From Prorocentrum cordatum (Eukaryota): DNA of 64,000 nucleotides. The stretch is from positions 310,001 to 374,000 of the forward strand of contig CAUYUJ010000002.1 of the NCBI GenBank assembly GCA_963575745.1. The letters are read 5' to 3'. Each line of letters opens with the position of its first letter. The first letter of the stretch is position 1. The position numbers and the translations under genes are program-made. The notes under the pieces were generated by a model. The model did no database searches. It worked only from the letters and a program-made list of their open reading frames with translations, and was not told where the DNA came from. Shown here piece by piece: positions 33,500-45,233 of the stretch.

Positions 33500-33955
33500 G
33501 GTGCAGAGCGAGCTGGTGGGCCTGAGGAGCGCGATGGCCGGCGGCTGGGCCCAGACCGACGTGCATGGCATCAGAGAGGCGGCCAGCGCCTGCGCCCAGG
33601 CCGGGGCCGAGGTCCGGGGCCTGGCCGACGGGATGCGCGCCACGATGGCCGACGCCAGCGAGAAGCTGCTGCAGATGCAGAAGGCGGCAGACGGCTCGAG
33701 TGTGCTGCCGGAGGTCTGCGAGCTCAGGGCCGCAGTGGAGGCGCTGGCATCGCGGAGGCCCGAGACGCCCGTGGACCTCCAGGAGGTCGCGCAGGCCGTG
33801 GCTGGCGTCCTGAGGCCGGAGCTGGAGAAGCTCCAGCGGCTGCAGGAGGAGGCCATCGTGGTCGCGGACGTCCCGGACATCGCGAGCATGGTCCAGGACC
33901 TGTCTCGAGACGTCGGCGGCATGGGGCGCTTGCTGGAGGGCCTGCGGCGACCTGA
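33500..33955 (+). other. Coding-like fragment of a helical repeat protein (duplicated at 36498-36866)
   Basis: GC3-rich frame: ...PVDLQEVAQAVAGVLRPELEKLQRLQ...DVPDIASMVQDLSRDVGGMGRLLEGLRR. Confidence 0.5.
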
Positions 33956-36900
33956 GCCCGAGGACGGCGACGGTGACGGCGACCACGACGATGACGAGAA
34001 CCCCAGATCCCCTCGCGTCGTCAAAAAAAACACGTCGAAGGGCTTTCGCTATTCTAGACGCTTCGCGGAACCCCACCAGTTTCCTCGCATTTTGCCAGTC
34101 TGCACGTTGCCCGAGCTTCCCTGGTGCACTCAGCCTGTCAGCTTCACTGTGCGGCACAGCAGCTGCTTTGTGAGCTGGCCCGGCCGGCCTGCGGCGCGCC
34201 CAGTAGCTAATTAGGCCTGTTTCCGCGCCCCGGACAGCTTCTGACTCCGCCTGCGCCTTCGCTCGCGGACGCGACCGAAAAAAATAACCCCACCAGCCTT
34301 CCAGTGTGCTGACTACGGGCTCGTGACCCTCTTCAGGGCTCTTGGTGTGCGACTATCCTGGCGCCACTTCATGCACGTGTTCGTGGTGACCCGCGCCATT
34401 TTGGCCGCGCGGCAGCTTGGCTGCTTCTCGTACTCGTGCGTTCTGCTGCCGTGGGACTTTGCGGCTTCGGCCACCCTGGTCTTTCGCAGCCTGCCAGCGC
34501 TCACGCCCACCTGTGTATCATTCCGACCTCCGACTGTCGGTCCTCTTGGCTGCGGTCACCCTGGTACTCTCGCAGTTGTCCGGGGTCACGCGCCCTTGCA
34601 TTAATTACTCTGTTTCTGTCCCTGGTCGCCGTTTTTCCCGACGACCTGACGCTTCCGACGCCTTGCATACCTGCGCGATGGCAGTACGACTCAGATTCAG
34701 CCTGTCCCTTCCACTCGCCGGTCCGCCGCTGAGGTGCTGCGCGAGGCTCCGCCCAGCCGCTTTAGGTGAGGCTGCGCCCCGCTGCTTTAGGTGAATTTGT
34801 CGGCGCGTGCCACGCTTTGACTGGACTCGCCGCTGGCGCGCTCGCCAGCGGCCGCTGATTAAAAAGTAACCCCACCAGCCCATCCAGAAACGATGCTCAG
34901 AGGAATTGCCTCGATCAGCGAAGTGGGCAGCACACAGTGGAAGGGTCCCCCTGTGGAGGCCTCTTGGAGCGTCTTGGGGGCCCTTCGGCGGTCCCGGACG
35001 CCTCTTAGAGCGTCTTGGGTGCCTCGAAGGGTTGCTTGGGGCCTCGTGGGGATATCTTGGAAACCTCTTGTAGTCCTCTTGGGTGCCTGTTGGGGCCTCC
35101 TGGGCCTCCTGGGCGCCTCTTGGGGCCCTGTTGAAGCGCTCTTGGGAGCCATGAGAGAGCTCTTGGAACCCTTTTGGGCCATCGTGGAGCCATCTTGAGG
35201 CCTCGGATGGCCATCGGAAGCGAAAGGGCGAGACAACCAAAAACACTGAGTTTCCGAAGGTGTTGGAAGGATTATGGCATCTTCGGGGCCTCCTGGGGGA
35301 GCTCTTTGGCCACTTGGAGCCGTATTGGAGCGGTCTTGGGGTCTTTTTGAGCATCGTGGGAGCCATCTTGAGGCATCTTGGGCTATCTTGAACCATCCTG
35401 GAGGTCATCTTGGGCTCGCACAGGCGCTCTTTCTTGGAGTCATCGTAAGCAGCGCCCTCCCCCCAGGAGGCCAACATGTGGCCAACACCTGAGTCAAATC
35501 CATGATTTTGGCATTCTCGCCGAGGCCTCTTGGAGCGTTTTGTGCGCCTGTGGGGGGGCATCTTGAGGCCTCTCGGGGGTCTCTTGGGAGCCTCTTGAGG
35601 GCATCGTGGGGGCATCTTGGGGCCTCCTGGCCCGCTCTTGGGGCCATCTCGGAGGAGATCGATCAAACAAGGGGGGAGCTTGAATTAGCTTCCCCCGCCC
35701 AAGAGGCCAAACTGAGGCCAAAACCTTCTAGTAAAACTAATGATTTTGGCTTCCTCGCCGAGGCCGTTTTAGACGCTCCGACCGCTCGCGGAACGCCCCG
35801 TCCAGGTCCAGGGGAGGGAGTAGAGGGAGGGGTAAACCCCTCCCCGAAGGGGAAGACGGAGGGGTGGAAGAGGAAACGTTTTAAACCAACTACGCCCAGA
35901 GGTCTGGTGGGATTTTCGGCCTCCGGGGGCCACTGTTGGGCCTCGGGGCCGCCAATGAGCGACGCAGGATGAAGGGCCAGTCCAGGAGAAGGGGTCCGGA
36001 CCTCTGGAGGTCCCAGTTGTGAAACAAACACGAAGTCGGGGGTCTGGGACGAGGACGACGGCGGCGGCGGTGACAGCGGCGGCGACGACGATCGCGACGA
36101 CGGCCACGACGATCGCTGGCATGCGGCTCCTGTTGAGGAGAATCGGGTGGACCTGTCGCCGGTTCTGGACTCCGTCCAGGGCGTGGCGAGGGAGGTCAGC
36201 GGCGTGAGGCCCGTGCTGGACAGGCTTCAGGCGCTGGAACTTGCGGTGGACCTCTCTCCTGTGATGGATGCCGTCTCGGAGATCTCGCGCGAGGTCGGTC
36301 TTCTGAAGCTTCAGTCGGCGAAGCTGCGGCAGAATGATGCCGAGGCTCGAGGAAGCAACACTGCGGACACGTGCACGGTTGGAGGTCAGCGCGGATTTTT
36401 TGGATATGCGCTGTAAGCCCTTAACGGCGCCCTCTGCGCTGCCCCTGGCGCGCTCCGCGCGCCAGGAAGGGGGGTGCAGCGCAGGTCGAAAGAACTCCGC
36501 CTGCGCCCAGGCCGGGGCCGAGGTCCGGGGCCTGGCCGACGGGATGCGCGCCACGATGGCCGACGCCAGCGAGAAGCTGCTGCAGATGCAGAAGGCGGCA
36601 GACGGCTCGAGTGTGCTGCCGGAGGTCTGCGAGCTCAGGGCCGCAGTGGAGGCGCTGGCATCGCGGAGGCCCGAGACGCCCGTGGACCTCCAGGAGGTCG
36701 CGCAGGCCGTGGCTGGCGTCCTGAGGCCGGAGCTGGAGAAGCTCCAGCGGCTGCAGGAGGAGGCCATCGTGGTCGCGGACGTCCCGGACATCGCGAGCAT
36801 GGTCCAGGACCTGTCTCGAGACGTCGGCGGCATGGGGCGCTTGCTGGAGGGCCTGCGGCGACCTGAGCCCGAGGACGGCGACGGTGACGGCGACCACGAC

Positions 36901-39259
36901 GATGACGAGAACCCCAGATCCCCTCGCGTCGTCAAAAAAAACACGTCGGAAGGGCTGTCGCTACTCTAGACGCTTCGCGGAACCCCACCAGTTTCCTCGC
37001 ATTTTGCCAGTCTGCACGTTGCCCGAGCTTCCCTGGGTGCACTCAGCCTGTCAGCTTCACTGCGCGGCACAGCAGCTGCTTTGTGAGCTGGCCCGGCCGG
37101 CCTGCGGCGCGCCCAGTAGCTAATTAGGCCTGTTTCCGCGCCCCGGACAGTTTCTGACTCCGCCTGCGCCTTCGCTCGCGGACGCGACCGAAAAAAGTAA
37201 CCCCACCAGCCTTCCAGTGTGCTGACCACGACGATGACGAGAACCCCAGACCCCCTCGCGTCGTGAAAAAAACACGTCGGAAGGGCTTTCGCTATTCTAG
37301 ACGCTTCGCGTAACCCCACCAGTCGGGCCCATGCATAAAGTCCTCGGCTTCGGCCCGGGTCGTCGTTTGTCCCGACCTCTTGGTGCTGCATACTTGCACG
37401 CTGGCAGTTCGACTCAGTCTCTGTTGCCCTTGCCACCCGCTGGTCCGCCGCTGGGTCGCCGCTCGAGGCCTCGGTTAGCCGCGTTAGGCGTGGCCTGTTC
37501 CCGCTGCCTTCGCTTAATTCGTCGCTGCGTAGCCCGCTTTGACCTGACTCGCCGCCGGCGCGCTCGCCCGCGGCCGCTGGCTAAAGAGTAACCCCACCAG
37601 CCCATGCAGAAACGATGCTCAGAGGAATCACCTCGATCAGCGAAGTGGGCGAAACACAGAGGAAGGGTCCCCCAGTGGAGGCGTCTTGGAGCGTCTTGGG
37701 GCCTCTTGGCGGTCCCGGGCGCCTCTTAGAGCGTTTTGGGTGCCACGGAGAGCTGCTTGGGGCCTCTTGGGGATCTTTTGGGAGCCTCTTGTAGGCCTCT
37801 TGGGCGCCTGTTGGGGCCTCCTGGGCCTCCTGGGCGCCTCTTGGGGCCCTCTTGAAGCGCTCTTGGGAGCCTTGAGAGCGCTCTTGGAGCCCTTTTGGGC
37901 CATCTTGGAGCCATCTTGAGGCCTCGGATGGCCATCGGAAGCGAAAAGGCGAGAAAGCCAAAAACATGGAGTTTCCGAAGGTGTTGGAAGGATTTTGACC
38001 TCTTCGGGGCCTCCTGGGGGAGCTTTTTGTCCACTTGGAGCCGTCTTGGAGCGGTCTTGGGGCCTCTTTGAGCATCGTGGGAGCCATCTTGAGGCATCTT
38101 GGGTTATCTTGAACCATCCTGGAGGTCATCTTGGGCTCTCACAGGCGCTCTTGGAGTCATCTTAAGCAGTGCCCTCCCCCAAGGAGGCCAACATGTGGCA
38201 AAAACCTAGGTAACATCCATGATTTTGGCATTATCGCCGAGGTCTCTTGGAGCGTCTTGTGCGCCTCTGGGGGGCATCTTGGGGCCTCTTGGGGGTCTCT
38301 TGGGAGCCTCTTGAGGGTATCCTGGGGGCCTCTTTGGTGCCTCTTGGGGCCTCCTGGCCACCTCTTGGGGCCTTCTTGGGGCACCCTTGGGCGCCTTAGG
38401 AGCGCTCTTGGGGCCATCTCGGAGGAGATCGATCAAACAAGAGGGGAGCTTGAATTAGCCTCCCCCGCCCAAGAGGCCACAATGAGGCCAAAACCTTTTT
38501 AGTAGAACCAATAATTTTGGCTTCCTCGCCGAGGCAGTTTTAGACGCTCCGACCGCTCGCGGAACGCCCCGTCCAGGTCCAGGGGAGGGAGTACGGGGAG
38601 GGGTAAACCCCTCCCCGAAGGGGAAGAGGGAGGGGTGGAAGAGGAAACGTTTTAAACCAACTACGCCCAGAGGTCTGGTGGGATTTTCGGCCTCCGGGGG
38701 CCACTGTTGGGCCTCGGGGCCGTCAATGAGCGACGCAGGATGAAGGGCCAGTCCAGGAGAAGGGGTCCGGACCTCTGGAGGTCCCAGTTGTGAAACAAAC
38801 ACGAAGTCGGGGGTCTGGGACGAGGACGACGGCAGCGGCGGTGACAGCGGCGGCGACGACGGCCACGACGATCGCTGGCATGCGGCTCCTGTTGAGGAGA
38901 ATCGGGTGGACCTGTCGCCGGTTCTGGACTCCGTCCAGGGCGTGGCGAGGGAGGTCAGCGGCGTGAGGCCCGTGCTGGACAGGCTTCAGGCGCTGGAACT
39001 TGCGGTGGACCTCTCTCCTGTGATGGATGCCGTCTCGGAGATCTCGCGCGAGGTCGGTCTTCTGAAGCTTCAGTCGGCGAAGCTGCGGCAGAATGATGCC
39101 GAGGCTCGAGGAAGCAACGCTGCGGACACGTGCACTGTTGGAGGTCAGCGCGGATTTTTTGGATATGCGCTGTAAGCCCTTAACGGCGCCCTCTGCGCTG
39201 CCCCTGGCGCGCTCCGCGCGCCAGGAAGGGGGGTGCAGCGCAGGTCGAAAGAACTCCGC
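33587..39259 (+). repeat. Tandem segmental duplication: 33587-36497 (2911 bp) and 36498-39256
   Basis: Both copies start CGCCTGCGCCCAGGCCGGGG and end GTCGAAAGAACTC. There is CGC microhomology at the junction. Confidence 0.92.
34950..35650. repeat. Dispersed repeat built from ~11-bp CTTGGGGCCT-like units (also 37680-38415; inverted at 53530-54040)
   Basis: Recurrent (C/T)CTTGG(G/A)GCC units. The reverse-complement CCCCAAGA units occur at 53530-54040. Confidence 0.8.
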
Positions 39260-39853
39260 GTGGACCTCCAGAAGCTTATGTGTACAGGAAGCAGTGTTCT
39301 CTCCCTAGAGGCGGCGGTGAATCTCTCTCAGGTGTTGGCGTCTGTACAGGATATCGCGTGTGAGGTCAGTGGCGTAAGGCCTGTGTTGATCCAGCTGCAG
39401 AACTTGGATGTTCAGGTGGATCTTTCTCCAGTATTGGATTCCGCCCAGGAGATGTCGCGTGATATCGGCGTCATCAAGCTTGGATTAGACAATCTCTTTG
39501 GCACAGGAATAGAGACGGCTCTCTGTCCATTGTTGGAGTCAGTCCAGGATATTGCGCGCGATATCAGCGTTCTGAGACCTGGGTTGGACACGCTGCAACG
39601 GTCGGCAACTGCAAACGACGCCGACCTCGCTTCTTTGCTGAATCCAGTCCGCGAGATCGCGCGCGAGGTTGCCAACCTGAGCCCTGCATTGCAGCGGCTG
39701 GAGCGACAGGAGCTAGGGGCTGTTGTAAAGGTGGGAGCGAAATCGAACGAGGTAACCAGGGAGGCAGTGAGGGTGCCCATCAAGTGCCTGGCCGCCTTCA
39801 CAAAAAAGAAACGCTTTAAGGGGGATCCTTGCTCGCGGCTGTTTCGTGCTTGA
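38906..39853 (+). other. Coding-like fragments with ~33-aa tandem repeats (VDLSPVLxSVQxIAREV...); first part duplicated at 36147-36416
   Basis: VDLSPVLDSVQGVAREVSGVRPVLDRLQALELA, VNLSQVLASVQDIACEVSGVRPVLIQLQNLDVQ, VDLSPVLDSAQEMSRDIG and ADLASLLNPVREIAREVANLSPALQRL. Confidence 0.55.
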
Positions 39854-40734
39854 GTGGCCGCCAACTTGGGGGCGCGAGGGAACGCTCACGGGGGGGGGAT
39901 GGAATACCTGAAGGGTCGATGATCCTCAGGGCGCGTGGTAGCCCCATGTGTGTTTCACCCCGCTGAGCTCCGCTGGTAGCATGCAGCCTGTGTCGGTCCC
40001 TCGCTACGCCGCCCACCACGTGCTGGAGGGCCTCGGCGGACCAGCGCACCTTGGCGCCAGCATTGGTACTGAGGACCACCGGACAGGAGCGTGGACTCCC
40101 TGGAGGTGCGGGCCCCCTGCCGGGGACCCGCGCCTCCGCCCGAGCAGTCTTCGGCCGTCCTGGGGCCTGGTGGAACGGCCACGCCTCTGGCGAGGCTCGG
40201 GGGCCCCCTAAACGGGGTGGTGACGACACCGTGCGGCGGGTCGGTGGGGATGCAGGGTCACCGCACGGTTCTGGAGCTCGGGTCGTCCTCCGAGGACGTC
40301 TCGCTCCGAGGTCCCAAACCCGTGCGTCGACGGGCCGTGCGGTGAGGTCTTTGGGGGGTTCGAGGTCACCGCACGGTCTGTCACCGCACCGCTCCAGGAC
40401 TCCACAGAGGCCAGGTGCAGGACATGTTCTACAGGAGCCCGAGTCGCCAGCACACTGGCTCAGTCGTGTCATGGCGCTCAGCCCCCGCGCCCAGGCCATC
40501 CACGCCGAGGCCGCGGCCTCCTGAGCCTCTCCCCGCCTCCCCTTTCCATGGGCACGGGGGCTGCGGTGCTCCAGGAGGCTGCTGATCGCGTTCGCGTTTT
40601 GCTTCTAGGTTGGTGGGATGTGTGTGTGTTGCACCGTGCGCGCTGGCTTCGTCCCTTCCCCGTGGGGTCCTGGGGGGCCCTGCTAGACGTCTGCGGTTGG
40701 GCTCCCGTGGTAACCCGCGGCCGCGCTATCCAAA

Positions 40735-40952
40735 GGATTCCTCAGGAGATCCACAGGAGTCCTTAGCAAATCTATAGGGATCCTGAGGACATCCATAGGA
40801 GTCTTTAGGTAATCAATCGGATTCCTTGGGAAATCCATCGGATCCCTTAGGAAACCCATGGGATGCCTTAGGACCTCTGCAGGGGTCCTCAGGAAATCCA
40901 TAGGTTTCCCTGGGAACTCTATAGGGTTCCTCCGGAAATTCATAGGACTCCT
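40735..40952. repeat. 21-bp minisatellite, ~10 units, consensus AGGAAATCCATAGGATTCCTT
   Basis: A 21-bp period is visible. It is the reverse complement of the insertion at 24452-24538. Confidence 0.85.
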
Positions 40953-42689
40953 ACAAGGGCCTGCTCCCGTCCACGGGCTTCGCCCTGGACTCATTTGCGT
41001 GCATCTTCTCTCGGGGTCGGTCTCCCGAGTTTGGTGTCGCTTCTTCCTGGGGCTCGTGGTGGCCGAGATGGCTCCCTCGAAGAAGAAAAAACAACGGCAT
41101 AAACATAAACTTTTGGCCCTCCGCGCGGGTTTCTTTGATCCGCGCTGGGCCCTCCTCCCTGGCGCGCGGAGCGCGCCAGGGGCGGCGCCGGAGGCGCAGC
41201 TGGGGGGCCCAGCGCGGATTCAAGACATTTGCGCGGAGCGCCAAAAGTTTCTGTTTATGCAGTTGTTTCTTCGTCTATTCCCGTGCGCCACCCACCAGGC
41301 CGATGACCCTGTTAGCGAGACGCTTTCTAGCCAGTGCCCACAAGTTCCCCCTCTTCTTCCCCTCCTTCACGAGCTGAGCCGTGCTGGTCGCGAGTGGCGC
41401 CGGCAGAGGTGTAGTCTCGGTGACTCGCCCGCGCGCCACGACTTGCAGCTCCTTGCGGTTGCGCAGCGCAGCTGGGTAACCCATTTGATCGCACAGTTCC
41501 CAAACGTTTCCTCCTCCTCATCCTCTTTAAACCCTCCTGCGATAGGTTCTCGTTTTGGATATAGCACTGCCCGCGCGTCTTCTTCCTCCGGCCTCCCTCC
41601 TCTGTTCCCTTCTGCCTGTAACCTCCTCCTTTCCTGTTTTGCCTGCCAGCCTGTCTCTCCTGTCCTGCCTGCTAGCCTGCCTCCTATTTCGCCTACCTCG
41701 GTGATCTCGCCATCCGTTGGGCGATCGAGACTGCGAAACTGTCCTCGCCACGTTCGAGTACTGCTGAGGGTCCAGCATAGTGACGTCCTACGCAGAGTCA
41801 GATTCGACCTCACCATCCCTGGAGGGGTGCGAACTGCGAAGCTGTCGCCACTTTTGAGGGCTGTTGGGAGGTCCCGTACAGTGACGTCCTACGCAGACCC
41901 CGATTAAACCTCATCACCCTTGTGCGGATGCGAAAGAAAAAAGTGGTTCTCCAGGAAACAGGTTGGTTCCCCGGGAAATGGTTGTCCAGGTAAACCCGGC
42001 AACCGCCCAATCGGTTTGCTCTTCAGAACAGGTGTCTTGATTCCTATACCTTCTCTTCTTCCTCCCTCTCCTTCCAAGAGCCTCATGCGCACTTGAAAAG
42101 TAGAGGCACAACCTTCACACGCAATTTACACTTGGAGACGCAATCTTGCCACACTAAAATCTGAGCGACACATTTCTAGACACACGCTGGAACCGTAGAG
42201 ACCAGATTGACACAGGCACAACGCGCATGTAAACCTGCGGGACAGGCACAACTGACAACTGAAACCTTAGAGACACAGTCACAACGCGCATGTAAACCTG
42301 CGAGACGCACGCACGATGCGCACTCAAACCTCAGAGACACAGGCACGACACGCACTTCAACTTTGAAGACTTTAGAGACACAGTACTCAAACTCAATGAA
42401 GTCTGAGAGTCACAATTCCGACACGCACTGAAGCCGTAGAGACACAATTTTGACACACACACACACACACACTTACGTAAATCTCACAGACACAATCCTG
42501 GGGGGCACTTCGGGATCGTATTCATAGTGTCGCATAAGGTCTGTGCACGCGTTGTGTATGTTTCTCACAGTTGATTCATATGTGTTATATGTGTGGTGTT
42601 CATTGTGTTTGTGCTTCTTCTGTGATGTGCTACTTCTGGTTGGTGCTACTGCTGGTGTTGCTATAATACTGTCAGTGGGACTACTATGA

Positions 42690-42848
42690 CAACTACGATT
42701 GCTATTGCTACAGTTACCAGGGATACTCCGAGTATTACAGTTATTACTGCTACCGCTACTACCATTGTCGCTTCTATCAGTATTATTGCTACGACTACAC
42801 TCACAACGACGGCTACTACTACTACTGCTACTACTACTACTACTACTG

Positions 42849-42886
<38 letters not shown>

Positions 42887-42978
42887 GCTAGTACTAGTAC
42901 TACTACTACTACTACTACTACTACTGCTACTACGACTACTACTACTACGACTACTACTACTACTCCTACTACTACTAT

Positions 42979-43038
<60 letters not shown>

Positions 43039-44024
43039 ACCTGTCACTACTACAATGGCGACTGTCACGACTACTATTATTAGCACTGCTACACCTGCAG
43101 CTGCTAGTGTTAATACTAGTTCTACTTTTACTACTACTCCAACTGCTACCGCTGCCTGTATTTCCACATCTACGACTACTACTGCAACTACTACTGCTAC
43201 CGCTTTCTATGACTGCTACTACTACAATTTGTTTCGAATTCCACGATGACCACTACTGCTGCTGCTGCAACTGCTACTGATGCTACTACAGCTGCGCCTA
43301 TGGCTACCACTACACTTCCTGTTTCTACGAAGCCTGCTGCTTCCACTACAACTAGTGCTTCTACGACCACAATGGCTACCAGTGGTGCCACGCCTACTGC
43401 TATTCCGAATTGTTCCACCACTTCCCCTAGTACGATTAGAGCTGCTATTACTATTGCTACTGCTGTTACTACTACTACTACTACTGCTACTACTACTGCG
43501 TCTACTGCTCTCAGTACTATTAGTATTACTACGAGATAGATGGCCCCTCCGACTATTCTGATTACTACTACGCCTGTTATAATTACATATACGGCTACAA
43601 ATGCGACGAGTGGTCCTACTACTTTCCTGTTAATACATGATTGCCACGAAGACGACGACGCCTACTATTATTGCTACTGGCACTGTTACCAGTAATGCTA
43701 CGACTATTATGCCTACTATCATTTTTAACACCACCACTTCTACGATTCTCCTGTCTTCTACGAGTACGGCTATTACTAGTACTCCGACTGTTGCTGCTGT
43801 GGATTATTACGAGCACCATGCATTCTTCATTTGTTTGCGATTTTGATTACTACATTTCATCGTACTGCGAGTAGTTCTTGTACTGCTGTTGCTGTCAAGT
43901 ACTACCAACACCATTACTACTCCGATTGCTACCACTGCTATTACTACTACTCCGACTGTTATTACTAATGTTACCATTGTTTTTTACTAGTACGACCATA
44001 TTGTTATTAATAGTATTCTTATTG

Positions 44025-44071
<47 letters not shown>

Positions 44072-44077
44072 GCTACC
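42690..44077. repeat. (TAC)n microsatellite field, 5' flank of element C
   Basis: Pure and degenerate TAC runs ending in the left TSD, TACTACTACTGCTACC (44062-44077). Confidence 0.95.
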
Positions 44078-44099
44078 TCCGTAGCCATTTTGGCTCAAG
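44078..44099 (+). other. Perfect dinoflagellate spliced leader (DinoSL) forming the 5' end of element C
   Basis: TCCGTAGCCATTTTGGCTCAAG equals DCCGTAGCCATTTTGGCTCAAG at 22/22. It is not followed by a GT donor. Confidence 0.98.
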
Positions 44100-44212
44100 C
44101 GGGCGCAAGTCACGGCGTGGCGCTGCGAGCACTCTGGGGGAGTGCTGGCGGGGCCAAAATCCACTTCAACGATTTAGAGCGATCAAGTCTGTTGCCCCAG
44201 TCCTCGCGCGCT

Positions 44213-45233
44213 ATGGCCAGCCATGGGCGCGGCGGACCCGAGGGAGCAGGGGTTGTGCTCCGCGGGCCCAAGTCACCGCTGTGGCTTTGCTCCTGCGGCT
44301 GCGCATCCAACTGGGCCAGCAGGCTCAGGTGCAGAGAGTGCGACAGGCCGTGCTCCACCAAGGTCGAGGACGCCGCCAGGACGGCTCACAAGGAGGCGAC
44401 CAAGGGCGGGCCCAGGCCGGGTAGCCACCAGCAGCCCCGTGGCGTCTGGGCGCGGCAGAAGCTGGCCCCGTGGGGGCACGACAAGCGTCAGCGCCAGGAC
44501 AGCGAGCTGGCCGCCCTTCGGCAGCAGGTCGGGGCGCTCAAGGCAGACAGCGCCAAGGCCAAGCTCACCGCCCTCAGTGACCTCAAGGAGGAGCTCCAGA
44601 AGCTGGGAGGAGGCGAGCAGGCCACGAGCTGCGTCAAGGCTGTGGAGGCCAAGTACTCCGAGCCGCCCAAGCCCAAGAGCCTCCCAGCCCTGGAGGGGCA
44701 GCGCAGGAAGCTCGAGGGCCAGCACCAGAAGGCACTCGCCAAGGTCGCAGAGCTCGAGGACCAGCGTGCCAAGCTCGACCTGCGGATCTGCGAGGCCAAA
44801 GACTCGGTCGCAGAGCTCAAGGGCAAGCTGCAGGCGGCCGACGCCGAGATCGAGTCCCGCCACGCCGCTGGCGTCCTCGGCGACGGGCTCAGGGGCTTGG
44901 CCAAGGTCCTCGAGCAGTTCAAGGCTACGGCAGTGGAGAACCAGGCAGTACTTCACGGACTCATCCAGTTGCAGGACGTCATCCAGAAGGAACAGGAGAC
45001 TCTGGAAGCAGCCGGCGACGCTGCACCTGCTGCTGGCGCTGCTGGCTGCGGCGGCGGGGACAGACACGAGGGTGTCCCTGGCAGTGCTGAGCCAGGAGGT
45101 GAGTCTGTCCCCGTCCCAGACGAGCTGGTCGACAGTCTCATGGAGGAAGCCCCAGGACGGCGAAAGCTATGAGCAGCGCCGCAAGCGCTTCAGCGACATC
45201 ATCGGGGCCCAGTTCAAGCGGCCTCGGGTTTGA
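44213..45233 (+). pseudogene. Element C ORF1: RanBP2-like zinc finger + coiled coil; probable 1-nt frameshift near 45150
   Basis: WLCSCGCASNWASRLRCREC and LEGQRRKLEGQHQKALAKVAELEDQRAKLD. The GC3-rich frame switches to QDGESYEQRRKRFSDIIGAQFKRPRV* ending at 45233. Confidence 0.8.

Noticed and set aside
34391..34406. SL-like CCGCGCCATTTTGGCC
   Set aside because: Only an 11-nt core matches, the CTCAAG end is missing, and there is no associated ORF or boundary.
42661..44084. Mucin-like poly-Thr, poly-Leu and poly-Val ORFs (also 9025-9855 and 50189-51137)
   Set aside because: These are translations of TAC and CAC microsatellites, open in several frames.
44078..44160. SL RNA gene
   Set aside because: The SL is followed by CGGG rather than a GT donor and intron, and it lies inside the TSD of element C. 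The same holds for 13448.
44100..44160. Hammerhead ribozyme in the 5' three-way junction of C
   Set aside because: The CUGAUGA and GAAA core nucleotides are absent.
45169..45172. ATGA stop-start coupling of ORF1 and ORF2 in element C
   Set aside because: Codon bias suggests ORF1 really continues to 45233 after a 1-nt indel, making the ATGA incidental. Not fully excluded without a consensus.
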